NCBI RefSeq assembly: GCF_009914755.1
Contig: NC_060927.1
Length of the DNA: 64,000 nucleotides
DNA from: the human T2T-CHM13v2.0 reference genome, Homo sapiens
Reading direction: 5' to 3' (one strand)
Below, in pieces: positions 39,491 through 53,942 of this stretch. The notes under the pieces are model-generated. The model did no database searches, was not told the DNA's origin, and worked only from the letters and a program-made list of their open reading frames with translations. Position 1 is the first letter of the stretch; the number at the start of each line of letters is the position of its first letter. Position numbers and translations under genes: made by a program.

Positions 39491-40282
39491 AACCATAGGA
39501 ATTTTTATTTTGAAAGGTTACCTAATAGTTGAAAGGGGTTTCATTGATGGCACCGAATTGAGGGGTGGTTAGGAGGAGAATGAGAAAAACCTTTCTTAGC
39601 TGAAAAAGGAGCCCCCAAGAAGCTTCCACTGTGTGATGGGAAACAAATATCACTAGCATGTTAAATAATCAGTGCTCATAAAGTGTCATTATGAAAGCAA
39701 CTTTGCATTTGTCTCTTGCCATTCTTTTATATTTATTTGTCAGAGGGAGTCTTTTCCTAGCTCTTGGAAGTAAACTCAGGGAAGCCCCATGACATGTCTG
39801 TCAGACAGCCTTTAAGTCATAAACGTAGTCTCAATTCATAACCTAGTTTGAGTACTAAGAACCATAGTTCTGAATTTGATTCAGTCAATGTCTTCTCCTG
39901 TTCTAGCTGGGGACTACTGTGTGGACTGGCTGCTGGAAGAAAGGTCTGTCATGGGCCTTTCGTCTTTCTCTAGCTACCATGTTTCCTTCTTCAGTGGCAC
40001 TGTGGCTCCTGAACCCACCAAGGCCGAATGGGGAGTAGGAGGGTAGGAAGAGGATAAAGAGGATAGAAAGCTTCTAATTTGATTGATACTCTTATAGCAT
40101 TGTGGCATATTCTCTGCATCTTGCATACATTGAAGGTGCCAATTTCATTAAAGGGTGCCTTTTATGGTTTCATCAGAGTACCCATGATGGAGAAGGGTCT
40201 CCCACGTGTGTTCCTTTGACCTGTGAATACAAACCCTATTTATCCAGGGCTTGGTGTTGCACACATAATTTCTTTTTGCTGA

Positions 40283-40652
<370 letters not shown>

Positions 40653-41099
40653 GGGACCAACTCTTTCTCAGGCACCTCACCCATATGTAGTCCATCAGAC
40701 CACACAATTCCCAGCCTATGCTTGCTCTGCAGTGTGGTGCTTTTTTTTCTGGGCAAAGGCAACTCTACCTCACTCTGCTGCCATAGAAGCTCAGCCCTCT
40801 GGTTTCCTGGGTAGGAGTCAATGCGGTTCACTTTGTCTCCCTATAAAAAGAGGCCATGTAGCAAGCTCTCTGAGTGTTCACTTGGACATACCTCCCACCA
40901 CATTAAGGAGAAGGGCAGCCACCCCACCTTTCCCCTGGGGAGGCATCACAGAGAAGGATCTCTAAGGAAATCAACACCATAAACTCGTCTCTATCTGTCT
41001 GCCACTGTCCTACCTTTTTAAATCCTCAAAATGTTGGGTTGGCCAGCCTGGCCTTCAACCATGGCCATCTTACAGCTCTCTTTATTGTCTTTATAGTAA

Positions 41100-41335
41100 A
41101 GTGAGGAAGACATGGGGTTTGAAGTCAGACAAACTCTAGAGTTCAAATATCTACTCTGCCATTGTGTTGTCTTGGTGTTAGAAAGCTATTTCAAGTCTCC
41201 AAGACTCACTTTTCCTCATCAATAAAATGGGGGTCATAATACCTTTCTCAGAGATCATTGAGGTAGTTCAGTGAGATAATGCATTAATGGCTGTTTATAC
41301 AGCACTGACACATAAGTGCTTATTAAAATTACCTA
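41100..41335 (+). mobile_element. MIR SINE
   Basis: gaagtcagac...gttcaaat...ttttcctcatcaataaaatgggg...cagcactgacacataagtgct. Confidence 0.78.
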
Positions 41336-41569
41336 CTACAGGAGGTATTATGCTAATCTTGGGAGAAAAGTGTGTGGTATCTAAGAGAAGAAAAAATAAA
41401 GAGATATGGGAATTAGAAGTGCTCATTTCCTGGAGGAGTGAACAGGAATAATGAAAGGGATGGTATATGGAATAAGTCTCAAAAAGTTGATATGATGTGG
41501 GATAGTGCAGAAATAAAGAATAGACATCTCTCATGTGTTACGGAAACAAATGAACTAGGTAGTGATAAG

Positions 41570-41790
41570 AATAATTATAGCTGAAATTTAGTGAGTTTAC
41601 CATATATACTAAGCCTACGCTAAAGACTTGGCTGAATCATCTCTTTTACTCCTCACAATGACCCAATAGGGTAGGTATTATTAACAACACTTTATCATCT
41701 AGCAACCTGAGGCTCAGAGAGGTTTAGTTACTAACTCAATGCATTTGACTGGTAAATGGTGGTGACGACTAGAACCAATGTTTGTCTGTA
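41570..41790 (-). mobile_element. MIR SINE
   Basis: ctcctcacaatgaccc...gtaggtattatt...ctgaggctcagagaggtt. Confidence 0.75.
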
Positions 41791-43134
41791 GTCTGCAACC
41801 TTTTTTTCTGCTATTACAAAGCTAACATGAAAACTTTTCATGAACTATACCTGAATTATAACAGGGCATTCTGGAGCAGGAGTCTCCTAATGGTTCAAAC
41901 ACCCCAAAAATCAGAAGAGAGGGTGCTTGAGACCATGAATCTTTAGAATGTTTCTCCAATTTTGAGTGCCTAAGTAATATACCGCCCCCAGCACAAAGAA
42001 GTATAATCCTTCTAAGATGGTTTTAAACTCAAGGATGACCTCTATTCTCTTACTTTCCTCACCCCCAGGAGGAATCTTGAATTACTAATAATTGCTGTGT
42101 TCACAAAGGATAAAGCCAGGAGAATTGACAGGAATTTTTTTTTGCATAGATGGTATTAGTTATAAAATTTATGCTAGTTCTAGAGTTTCATAGGGCATCC
42201 TGGTAACTCTCTCCCTCATGCAGAAAGCCCCAGTGAGGGCAGAGAAAAGTACATTTCAGGCATGACCAATAATATATACACTAAGTTCTAAGCCATGCAA
42301 ATGTGCTGAAAGTTCATCAGTTAAGTGTTCACTGATTATTCCTACAGGACCAATCCAGCTATTGAGAAGTCAGTTTCCATTATTTTTCTCCATGAAGCAG
42401 AACTTGCCAGGGGCCTGGAATACAATATAGAGTGTAGTCAGATGGGTTTTGCACTTCGCCCAACCTAGCAAAGTCACTCCTTGGCTATTATTTTTCACTC
42501 TATTGTAAATAGCAAGAGGCAGATGAAAAGGTAAAAAATATGTTGGTTGGAAGATACTTATTCTCGCCTACCTAGGGTAATCAAGAATAGACATCAGCTC
42601 CAGATTTGGTAAGTAATAACTCACATTTGACTTTAATACACCATGATAAACTTTTAGGAATATATCTTTTAAAACATAAAATGCTTTACCTCTGATTTAA
42701 AGTTTGGGGGATTGGTCCTGCACCCGTAGGCACATTAGATTTAGCATCTCTGGAAATTCCAGAGCAATTTTAAACTACTCTTTTTGATCACTTGCTGCAG
42801 CTCCAGCTTTCAAAGAGAATGAGATGTTTTGGGAATGAATTGTGATGGACTTATATGAAAATTTATATGGCCAAGAATTGGATTTGTTCCCCTGGAATAT
42901 TATAGATTATATTTTATGTTGGAATTACATCAGTGTGCAGAGCAGCAGAAGGCTGGCTTAATGTAGCTAAAAATATACCTTGACTTTCCACTTGGAATAG
43001 AACTCCCCCCTCCCCAACCCATTTCTTCCCTAATGAAAATAATGGCTTCATGACTCATATATGTGATAGACAGTAGGCAATATTTGAGTTTTAAAATAAG
43101 AAGAGTTTGAGAAAGGACTAATGGTCCTTTTCTA

Positions 43135-43460
43135 ATTTCTTTCCCATCCATCTCTTCCCTCCTGTTTCCCTGTCACCATCCTATTTCAAGCCTTCATCAC
43201 CCCATGCCTTATTGCAATTGCACCTTTCTCAGTCTCTACTCTCCTGGCTTTAATTTGTCCTGCATGCTGCTGCCTGGTCAATCTTCCTCCTCCACCACTT
43301 TAATCATGTAATCTCCTGCTATTCTTCAGTGATTTTTCATCTGCTCCTTAATAAATTGAAAGCTCACTTCACAATCACCATCTTAGTCCAGGTCACTACT
43401 AGGTCTTACCTGAAGTTGGGCAGTAGCCTCCTACCTGGCCACCTAATTGGTCTCACCATT
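43135..43460 (+). mobile_element. L2 fragments
   Basis: Pyrimidine-rich L2 body: caccatcctatttcaagccttcatcac; accatcttagtccaggtcac...cagtagcctcct. Confidence 0.6.
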
Positions 43461-44684
43461 GCTTTGATTTGACCTAATGTTTTCCAAAAATATTATTCAA
43501 GTACGTTTGGTTACATGCAGGAGGATTTTGGTGCCACACAGATACTTTTATTCACAGAATTACTTATAAAACATTGCTAATATAGTATTATAAATGCGTA
43601 ACAAGGAATTTGTGTATATTGTTGCTTGGAGTGAAAGGCATCAAGAAAGTGAGCTAATAAATCACTTCATGGGGTGTATACATTCTAAGGGATGTAATTT
43701 TCTACATCCCTTAGAATACCATCTTCACCTCACCTCCCAGGGGCAGTTTTACAAACTCACTTTATGTGCCAGGTGGTTTACTGCCATGCCCACATTGGCA
43801 ATTATAGGATCACAGCAATGGCAGAGTAGTGACAGTGGGACCATCCTGGCCTCTTGCCTTCCTCCCTGATTTCAGGGACTGGCCCCTAGTATTGCCAACT
43901 ACACAGCAGTAATTGGACACGTTAATGCAGCTTTCTGCAGTCTCAACTTTAAATGATGAGTAGCTTAGCTACTGAGAGGATCTTCTTCTATATTCTTATT
44001 TTATTTTTTAAATTTTACGGGAACTTGATATTAAATGAGGAACCATAGGCAGAAAGTGCTGAAAGAGGAAACAAAGAGGATGTTGGGGAGTGCTGAACTT
44101 AATGAAAGCTCTGTATCCACAAAATAAGTTGTGGCTTTGTAAATTCATTCTAAGTACATTTGAGGAACAATAAACCATAAAAGAGGTTAGCATGACCTTG
44201 GATTCTGTATAGCTTTTGAGATAAAAGGTCTAAGCATCAGAATGCATTTTTTGAGCATAGTGTTGTTGACTGATTAAAAACAATTCATGCTCCTAGAACC
44301 CTCTGGTGGAATGCTGATGAGGGGCTGGCCTGGGTGCATTGTGCACGAATGACTCTCTTAAAGCAAAGATCAAAGTTGCTTTTCTAAAATGGAACACTAA
44401 AAGGTAAGTCTTTGTAACCATAGATAAATGAGGCAAAGCTACTGACATAAGGATTAAATTGCAATACATTGACTTTGCATTTATTACTTATTGGGTACGT
44501 ATCTTAAAAGCATTTTGAAGATGTTCCAAATTCTAATCATTGTACAGGATAACAACTCTTAAAACATTTACTACCAGTGAATGTTTTTCTTTGATATAGC
44601 CATAGTATTTTTCTGAATGCTTTAAAAGTAACTACTTGAACTTTATCTTGGTTTCATAATTTTTCACATGTATAACTTTTTAGG

Positions 44685-44880
44685 CTTAGTGATTAAAAGC
44701 ATGGGTTTTGGAATGAACAGATTTGGCCTCAAACCTTGTGATAATTGGTTATTTGCCGTGTAACCTGGGACAATTTACTTAATCTCTTTAAGACTCTTTC
44801 CCTAAAAAAAAAAAAAAAAGGAAATAATAATAAAATCTACTTTAGACGGCTGTTAGAGAATGTAATAATATACCAAAATA
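44685..44880 (+). mobile_element. MIR SINE
   Basis: tagtgattaaaagcatgggttttgga...gtgtaacctgggacaatttacttaatctct. Confidence 0.7.
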
Positions 44881-45569
44881 CTTAAATATTTTCTATATGA
44901 TATTTTTTCTCATCTGTAAAATAAATTAATAAAAATAAAAATTATGTAGAGAACACATCAATCTCTCTGGTCCACCCCTAACTATATACTAAGAGTGTAA
45001 GGTGAAATTCGGATTTTAGTAGATGGCATTGCAATCCATGACCAAGAAATGTCTCCATCTCGCCCTCCCACTTACCCCCTTTCCCCCAAAGTGCCCTAAC
45101 AGCGATATATGGAAAGGAAAATTCCGGAGAGAAGAAAATACTCCTTTATAGCTGTGCAAGCACCTCTAATACAGGTCCTTCTGGCAAAGGATTGAATGAG
45201 AAAATGTGTTTTAGATCTCCAGGCCTAAGTAGTTCTGCTTCCCACCCTTTGAATCAAGATAACCCTTTGGCTGAGGGTCCTCCTCAGTTGCCAATCAAGA
45301 TGTGAAGCAGAGAAGGAGACTTGGCCAGGGTAGTCCAGGGCCATGGGCCCTGTGTAAGCGGCAGACAGGAAGGAAAATGCCATGGAGGTGATCTTTAAGC
45401 CAGACTCCCCAAACCTGTCTTAAATTACACCACATTGTAAATTGTGGCCCAATGAATGTCCTGGCCTCCCACCAAAAAGATAAACAACCCCTACTCTCTT
45501 GAAGGCTGGGAGAAAGCTGAAGGTTCATCACTTCTGTTGACTCCTTCTCAAAACGTGGAGTCTTTAGAA

Positions 45570-45751
45570 CTAGCGTTGCCAGATTTAGCAATTAGAAATA
45601 AGGAGCACCCAGCTACATTTGCATCTCAGATAAATGAAGAATCATATTCGTAGTATAAGTAGGTCACATGTAATATTTTGGACATGCTTGCTTGTTGTTT
45701 TTCTGAAATTCAAAGTTGACTCGGCATCCTGTGTTTTGTCTGGCAACTCTA
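45570..45751. mobile_element. MER53-like hAT MITE
   Basis: Terminal inverted repeats tagcgttgccaga / tctggcaactcta. Confidence 0.82.
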
Positions 45752-45819
45752 TTTTCGACAGTTTCTAAAGGTGAATTGGTGATGGATAATTGAGACTGAC
45801 AGAATGCTTCAGAAAAATG

Positions 45820-46008
45820 CTGTTGACATTTAGATATTTGTTGGTGGGCGTGGGGGGTTGTGGCTGTCCTGTGCCTTATGGATGTTTAGCAACATTTCTG
45901 GCTTCTATCCACAAGATTCTATTAGCAGTCTCCTGCCCTCCATTGTGACATCAATTGTCTCTCCAGGCTTTGCCAAATTGTGAGGGAGGGAATTGAGAAC
46001 CACTGCTT
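45820..46008. mobile_element. MER20-like hAT-Charlie relic
   Basis: ggctgtcctgtgc...gatgtttagcaacatttctggcttctatccac...ttgagaaccactg. Confidence 0.78.
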
Positions 46009-46224
46009 TAGAGGCAGTGGCAAAAGCAGAGCTGTGAAGCATATCAAGATGGTAGACCAGAAGGAGGCATATTTATCCAAATAATGGCACAGCTCTGGCC
46101 CCCACCTGCATTTCTTGTCCTCTCCCCACATTCTGGGCTCCTTCCCTGTAATATTAGGAGCAATTCAGACCTCTGTTGGAGAAGCCCCAAAATATAATTT
46201 TAGTCCCATATTAATTAATTAATT

Positions 46225-46432
46225 ATTTTGAGGACAAGGTCTTGCTCTGTCACCCAGGCTGGAATGCAGTGGCGTAATCATGGCTCTCTGTATCCTCGAA
46301 CTCCTGGGCTCATGCCATCCTTTCACCTCAGCCTCCTGAGTGGCTAAGACTACAGGAATACACAACTATGCCAGCAAATTTTTAAATTTTTATTTTTTGT
46401 AGAGACAGGGGTCTCACTATGTTACCCAGGCT
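46225..46432 (-). mobile_element. Truncated AluJ
   Basis: ggtcttgctctgtcacccaggctgga...ttgtagagacaggggtctcactatgttacccaggct. Confidence 0.85.
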
Positions 46433-47399
46433 ACCAAGTCCAGCCCCTATGTTGATTATCACTGGAAATTTGTTTGACTCTATTCACTTTGCCTTTCTAC
46501 ACAGCTCACCTGACGATACATGTGGCAACTGTTTAGGTTTTACTCAGATCTTCTTCAAAAAACACCCAATAAACTCTTAAACCAAATATTTATATTTTAT
46601 CAGAGTCTATAGTTTGTGTGGACTGAGGGAACTTAGTATTTGATGGGCAAAATTCTTGCAGTCAAACAACTTTACTTAAGTTTACATATTAATATTTTTC
46701 TCCATTTTGTTGAGAGAAAGAAACTTAGAGGCATTGGGTAATTAATTCTGCCTATCAAATATTTCCATCTATACATTTATCCTTGAAAAAATGCTAATAT
46801 GACCTCCCATGATGTTTCCTATTTATAAAGTTTCTCTGCCTGGATGTTTTCTTGCTCCTTTGGAAAAAAAACTGAAGCGACTTTCGCTCTATTAACTTTG
46901 ATTGTCCAGCATTGATAATTAATTTTGTAGGCCTATCAGCTTATGTAGTGGGAAAATTTCATTAGCAAGTCAAACGTAACTTCGTATCTTCATTGCTTTC
47001 CATATTTTGTCGGCTTTTACAGAAGCAATGGTTTTATAAAAAATCCATTGAGCAGAGCAAAGACAATGTAGCTATGTCGTTATAATGCTGTAGGAAAAAA
47101 AATGTCTGTTCCTCATTCTATATAAAGATTGTATGTTCTTAAATCTCTTTTATAAGAGTGTGCTTCCTTAAATCAGAATACTCTGTTCCCTGAGAAGTCC
47201 CACCTTAAAGAACAACATTATCTTTATTTGTAATCACAGGCCTTCATCATTGCAGAAAATATCTGAGCCTTCTCAGATTCTGATATTTGTATTTAATCAA
47301 TAACCACATCCCTTTTTGATCTGCCTTACTTCTGCAATTGTATTTCCCCAGCTGCGTATGTTTTATTGTGTAAGAATTCAATTGAAAAAGCCATTCATG

Positions 47400-49844
47400 T
47401 TTGCAAAAAGGATGATGTTTTATTATTGGTTATAAAGAAAAGAAATTTCACACTTTGTATAACCGACCCTTTCTGTTATAGCACAGTGAATTCTGAAAGT
47501 GAGGAACAAAGTTAACAAACCGTGGAAAGCAAGGCCACAGAAAGATCTTGTAGTGTTCTGACCACATTACCACATAAGACCTGGTGATTTTTATGTCTCT
47601 AATTGACAAGCATTCAATTCACATTTGAAATGCACAATCTTTGCATAATTTGAGGGTATGTAGAGTAGAAAGAATAAGGGAATGATAATTGAAATATTTA
47701 ACACCAATATGGCATGGCCTCACCAATGATACCAGGTACCATATTATAGGAATAGGGTTCCAGAGACCCCCAGGTGTTCCTCCTTTAGTGACTAGACCAC
47801 GGGTAGAGGGGTGGGTGCTCAGAGAGGAGCCAAGAGGGATGGGACATAAGGAAGCACTAGGAGGTGCAAGGAAACAACTGTTGATGAGTCAGTCTGGTAG
47901 TGTTTTAGTATTTTAACAATTGTAACACCTGCACCACTGAGTACCAGCTGGACTGAGAATTGGGTAGTGCAGGTAGTCAGAAAATTAGAACCCAAGTTAG
48001 AGTTCCTGACACTGCCAATAATTCACTGTCTGGTCTTGAATAAGTCAGTTCATGGGGCCTCTCTTTTCCCCTGTGAAATATAAAAAGGTTGCATAAGAAC
48101 AGCCTTATGTTCCCTTCCTGTTCTAGGAATCTATTTTTTTTTCTTCTAATGATCTACAAGTTCTATGCATTGAGTATAGAGCTGTTTCTTCGAGCTTCTG
48201 AAAAGCAGAAAGACTTTTTCATGGAAGGTGTGGGGCACTTTCATGCTCCGTGGTTTGTGAATAACATGGTCATCAAACAGGAATGAAATCAGCATTAACC
48301 ATGGGTGCACTGCACTTCCAGGAGCAAGTTGAGAGTGGTTAAATGCCTTTTTAGAGGCAGTTTACAAATATTTTTAACAGATGAATAGTTTTCAATGTTT
48401 GGGAGAGTTTATTTCAAATTGGAAAAATGTGCTAGTTTGCTACAGAAATAAAGCAAATGGTGATTTTGCCTGAAATTACCTAAGTCAGGAAAAAACAGGT
48501 ATTTTGGAGCTTTCTTTTGTTGTTGCTGTTTCCCTAAATTACACACAAAAAAATTCCCTCAATTCTCCATTTCACTTTTGTGTTCTTTGTTTGGTTACTC
48601 ATGCATGATGCTTTTTTATATTCAGTGAAAATATTAAGATATATCCATGGAAATTAACACAAAGTAATGAGCAATGTATTTGCCCAAGGACTATAGAATT
48701 GTTTCTACAGAAAGTAAAGAACATTCCAAAGTAACTTTAACCTAGATGTGTTTTCACCACAAACTGTTTAAACTTATTTGAGTCGAAAATCACTTTCCAG
48801 TCTATATCACATCTTTTTCTTAAAAAAATAAGTAAAATAAGTACTTGACATAATTATTGATCACTTTAATTATCAGACAAAGAAAAACATGGTTTCTGAA
48901 GCACATGCTATATTAAGAAGCTTGGTGCTGAATAAGTACCCTCAACGCTTATTTCTTTCTGGTGTCTATACAAATGATAGTTTTGTAAAATGAGCTGAAT
49001 CTGTTTTAATATCCTGTTGCTTATTGTACCTGACAAATAAAAATGAAGAAAGTGAAGAATTGAGATTTTTTTGAAACTTGCACATAATTCTCATTTATGC
49101 TTATTAGAATAACTAAGAGCCTTTCTGTAACGAATTAAGAATATGAATAACCTGTTATGACATAGTCATAGACATACAATAATATGGTCTAGAATTATAG
49201 TACTCTCTTGAAGTACACCATATTCAAAATTCACTGGAGATGTTTTAGAGACATCTGTTGTAATTACAGGAACATGGTTTCTAATTCATTTAATTCCCTT
49301 TCCTACCTAAACTGTACATATAAGTGAATTTTAAGAGACTGTATAAATAAATTTTTAATTACAAAATGATGTTATACAATACATTATTAATAATAACCAA
49401 CAATGCATAATGTTTATGCATGAGTCCATTAGAAAGACGAGCTAATGTATGTCAATTCTAAAAGAATGCACTAATTTGTCCTGAATTTGTGAATGAGGTT
49501 GAATCCATAATGCAAGCTGATGAGTGCAATAACGCAGTGGCTTAACATGCTATTTTATAGTCAAGAAACATCTTGTACCTACAGCATTTAAGAGGTATTT
49601 AAGATTTGTTCATCACATGTGATCAAGAATCTTATTTTTCAGTGAGCCATGCGGTTGTGAAATTTGGAATAAGACCATTGAGTTGATAATACTAGCTTTC
49701 CTAGACAGGTGCAGAATAAAATGGCCTATAGCATCCAAGAAATGTGTACAGTCCTTACATTTCAGCACATGGAAATCAGTCTTGTTGTAACGGAATTTCC
49801 CACCGTGGCCAAAAGGACTGCCGGAATGTGGTTACTTCACTGTG
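47400..49844 (-). other. MDFIC2: Probable MDFIC2 3' UTR (end uncertain)
   Basis: AU-rich sequence after the stop. Minus-strand AATAAA at 48408-48413, 47419-47424, 47362-47367 and 47223-47228; ATTAAA e.g. at 49354-49359. The site actually used cannot be determined from sequence alone. Confidence 0.5.
47970..48125 (+). mobile_element. MIR fragment within the candidate MDFIC2 3' UTR
   Basis: ctgacactgccaataattcactg...tcttgaataagtca...cccctgtgaaat. Confidence 0.55.
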
Positions 49845-50108
<264 letters not shown>

Positions 50109-52809
50109 TTAAAGAAGAAGACCAATTAATAGTGGCACATCTGGGGGCGTCTATGAAGGACAGGCATGTGTGCTGGGATACTTGATAACTTGATAGCCAA
50201 CTCTTAATTATTTATCCACATTAGGGGTAATGTACACCCTTCTTCTCTCAAGCTCCCCCACCCCCATGTCAGTACTCACTCTACTTAAGTAATTGCTTTA
50301 TTAACTTCCTGAGCATTTCCTATTGATTCGACATAATCTGGTTATTTAAAGTGCTGTCAGTTTTCTAAACTCCTTTATTTACTTTGCCTGCAAGGCTCTG
50401 GGAAACCACACAATTAGCTACCTCTCTGGAAACCTTGCAACTGTCTGAAAAATTGCAGGGACTCCCCAAATACAAGGGGCTTAAGAAGCAGTTAGGATTG
50501 GGGACAAGGAGAGACTGTACAAATGCCCTGTTTCTTGTCACTAGGCTTTGTTATTTTTCGACATGGATTCCCATAAATCTGCCACACCCATATTCCAGTG
50601 CAAGCGAAAAGCACATTTCAAAACTTAATATAAATGCTTTTTAAAATAATCACAGCTTTTGGGTTGTGTTTTATTTTTAATCTCTGTTTCCGTTTCCCTC
50701 CAGTTATGTAAAGCCTTGATTTTATATTCAAGTTGTTTAAGTGAAATACGTCATCATATGCCTAAAAGGTTTTAAATCTTATCAATCCTCTTTAAGAAAA
50801 TTGGTTTAAAAATTTACTACACAGGCTTGTAAAAATCTGGAAAGTATCTCTAAGGCATTGAAGGTAACTGGTAATTTCTAGCCAAACAGCTGTGATGGGT
50901 TATAGATTATTATGTTTTTTGTTTGCATAAAGGGAATTAGTTAGAAGATGTAGCAGTTCTCTTGTTAAAATTTTAACTTTTCTTTCTTTTAAGTTAAAAA
51001 AGTCTAAAAAATGTGTGAGTGCTTTGTAAAAGGGTAGGTAAGTGTTCATGTGATATATTACCTAATTAATTAAAATCAGTAATCTGAAGATTATTGATGA
51101 TTGAAAGTAACATTCTAGCATGAATTAGAGAAAAAATTTCTCCTCTAGATGGGCTTATCAATTGATTTAAGTTTGACTTTCATAAGGATCTGTATTTTTC
51201 CCAATAAGAATGCTAATAACTTTGGTTTTCAGACTTTAGTCAATGGGGAGTATATAAGCATATAGAAGAGATTTTGCCTATAGTATAAGTGCTCTTATCG
51301 CCGTATTCATTTACTTTTATTTTCCAGAAAGCTCTTTTCTTTCATTATTCATATAATAGTCTTTAAGTGAAAGAAAAATATGGAAACTTCCTATGAAAAG
51401 GAACAAATATTTTAAAGAAAGCCACTTTGGTTTCTTGTAAAAACACTATATAAAGTTATAAGGTGAGTCCTGAAAATAAGTAAACAGAAATCTTTCTTCT
51501 TTCCTCTTTTTCTCTCCATCCTCTTTCTCTTACCTTCCCTTCCTTTCTTCCCAGAAAGATGGTGGTAAAGAACCACACCATGACTGTTATGACTACTTTA
51601 ATTGTCATATATTGTTGCAGGTGCTGTGGCCACTACTCAGTATTTATAGTTCAGGCAGCATATTCCACAATACCTCTACTGTGTACAAACTCATCTCTTT
51701 GCCAGATTTGCTGTATTTTTCTTCACTTAGAGCCAGCTTTTAGCGTGTGACCAACTCTCCCATATCTCATAAGTCACCACAAACCTCCCACAAAAATGCA
51801 AGAGTAAGTTAGTAATAGTATATAGACTGTTTCAACTATGCTTTTCTGAAAAGGAAAAGATGGTCAAAGATGAGGGACATACAACCTCATCGAGTTTTAC
51901 CAATATGAAGACCACTACTATAGCAGTGGCTGCACTGGCAAAGAAGAGGCTGTCAGCAGACAATCTCCAAGTGAATACTCTGTGATCCCTCAGGCTGAAT
52001 GCTCAAGAGACTTACTCAAGCTTATGACCATATAAAAATGAGTCCACTGTATCCTGTCCTTTATACATGCAAGGTTAAAAGTTTGCTTTGGAGTTAAGTA
52101 GGGTGGGAATGCAGGTGACCTTAAGGATTGGAGCTGGTGTTTCCTATCAGAGTGTGAAGGACCTGTTCGTAAAGTGGTCTTATAATTTCCTGAGAGTGTA
52201 CAACCTTTTGGTTCAATTGCTCTTGCCAATGTCTCCTCAAGTTGGCAGACTCTGGAGGTCTCCTCTTCTAAAGTATACTGTAGATTTTATTTACAAAAGA
52301 AAAAAAAAAGTTTTGGCTTAATCCTTTGGCCAAATTGGCACTTGTTTCCTTCTACCTCCCTATTTTGCACTTGAGAATAGAGCCCATTTTTTTCTGTTTC
52401 TAAGTCAGTCCTTTTTATTTGGTTTTAAAAGGCAGAGTCTCTTGCCCAAAAACAACATGGTAACATTAATGAATTGAAAACAGATTTTTCCGATCTTTCA
52501 AGTGAGTTCCACACTTTTCCTAAAAGGCATGTTAAATAGTTCTACATGAGCAGGTAAAACTGTTTTGCATATGGCCAATTTTTGTTTGCACAAGCAGTTC
52601 AGGGGAAAATTTGCAACTGTTTGAAAAGAGCGTTGGATTTCCTCTTGTCCTGAATGAGTATATTTTTCTTTGCCTGCACTATTTCCTGGTGCTTTAATGT
52701 TTAATAAATGTGATATTCAAAGTCCTATCCCAGGATTCGCACCCCTTCTCTCAGCCCATCCAAAAGTGTATACCATATATGCTATTGCCTGCTGCACGTC
52801 TCTTCTGCA

Positions 52810-53668
52810 ACGTCTTCAAAACATCTCACTTACCAAGGCCAAACTGCATTTTGGATCTCTCTCTCCCCAGTCCTACAAATCTGTTCCTCCTCCTACTTTC
52901 TTTTATGGATGGCTTCTGAACACCCAGATGAATTCGGCAGAAACCTGGTAGTCATTCTTTGTCATTTTGCTTTTCCTCATCATACCTTCCCCATGCAATT
53001 CATTGCTGAGTCCTGCTGTTTCCACCTCAAATTCGTATTCGAAATCCACAAGCTGCTCACCACCTGCAGGGCCACCATTTTAGCTCTGGCCACCATCAGC
53101 CACCAGCAGGTCAACAGCAATAGCCTCCTGGCAAGGACACTCTGCTTCCACATGAGCCCGCTTCAAATTCATCAGCTCCTTCAGTATTTTTAATTCTAAA
53201 TTTAAACAACTCACTCTCCCCTTAGAGAAAAGTGCCAAATCCTTGCCTTAGCCTACAAGCCCTTGCATGATTGGATTCCTGCCTATTTCTCTGACTTCTG
53301 GACCTACTTTGCTTACTTCACACTCACAGCACTCCAGCCACACTGACTAAATTGCAGTATTTGGAATGCACATGGCTCAGGGCCTTTGCACATGCTGTGT
53401 TTTTGCCTGCATTGCACACCCTCCTGCCCCTCAACTTCACCCAACTCCTATTCAAACATTTAAGTTTTTAGCTTTAAACACCTTCCCTTTAAATCACATC
53501 CTTGCTGAAACTCTCACAGCAATCTGTTTTATTTTTTCTTCATAGCACTGACCATACGATGGCATGAAACTAATTAGTTTGTTACCTCCTCCTATTAGAA
53601 TCTACGTTGCAAGAGGCAAGAAAGCCATATCTCTCTCTCTGGTTGACTGACTAAATCAATGAATGATT
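52810..53668 (+). mobile_element. L2 LINE 3' portion
   Basis: caacagcaatagcctcct...gcctacaagcccttgcatgat...cagggcctttgcacatgctg...aatgaatga terminal repeat. Confidence 0.82.
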
Positions 53669-53679
53669 CTAACAAGTAA

Positions 53680-53830
53680 ATATTGTAATCCTCATTTTTT
53701 AGATGCAAGGACTAAGGTTCAGGGATTGTTTCTGACTGTCCTAAATCCTACCAACTGTAAGATCGTAGAGCAGAGATTCAAATCTAAGTCTTTCTGAATC
53801 CAAAGCCTGTGGTCTCTATCCCACTGTTAT
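53680..53830 (-). mobile_element. MIR SINE
   Basis: cctcattttttagatg...gagattcaaatctaagtctttctgaatccaaagcc. Confidence 0.7.
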
Positions 53831-53942
53831 ATGTGTCAACTATTTTGCCAAAAGCCAATCTACAGCCCTCTATACTTTTTTTGGGGTGGGGGTGGGTGTT
53901 CATTTCTCTTCTCCTTCTATATTTAGAACCTTTGTTTTGTAA

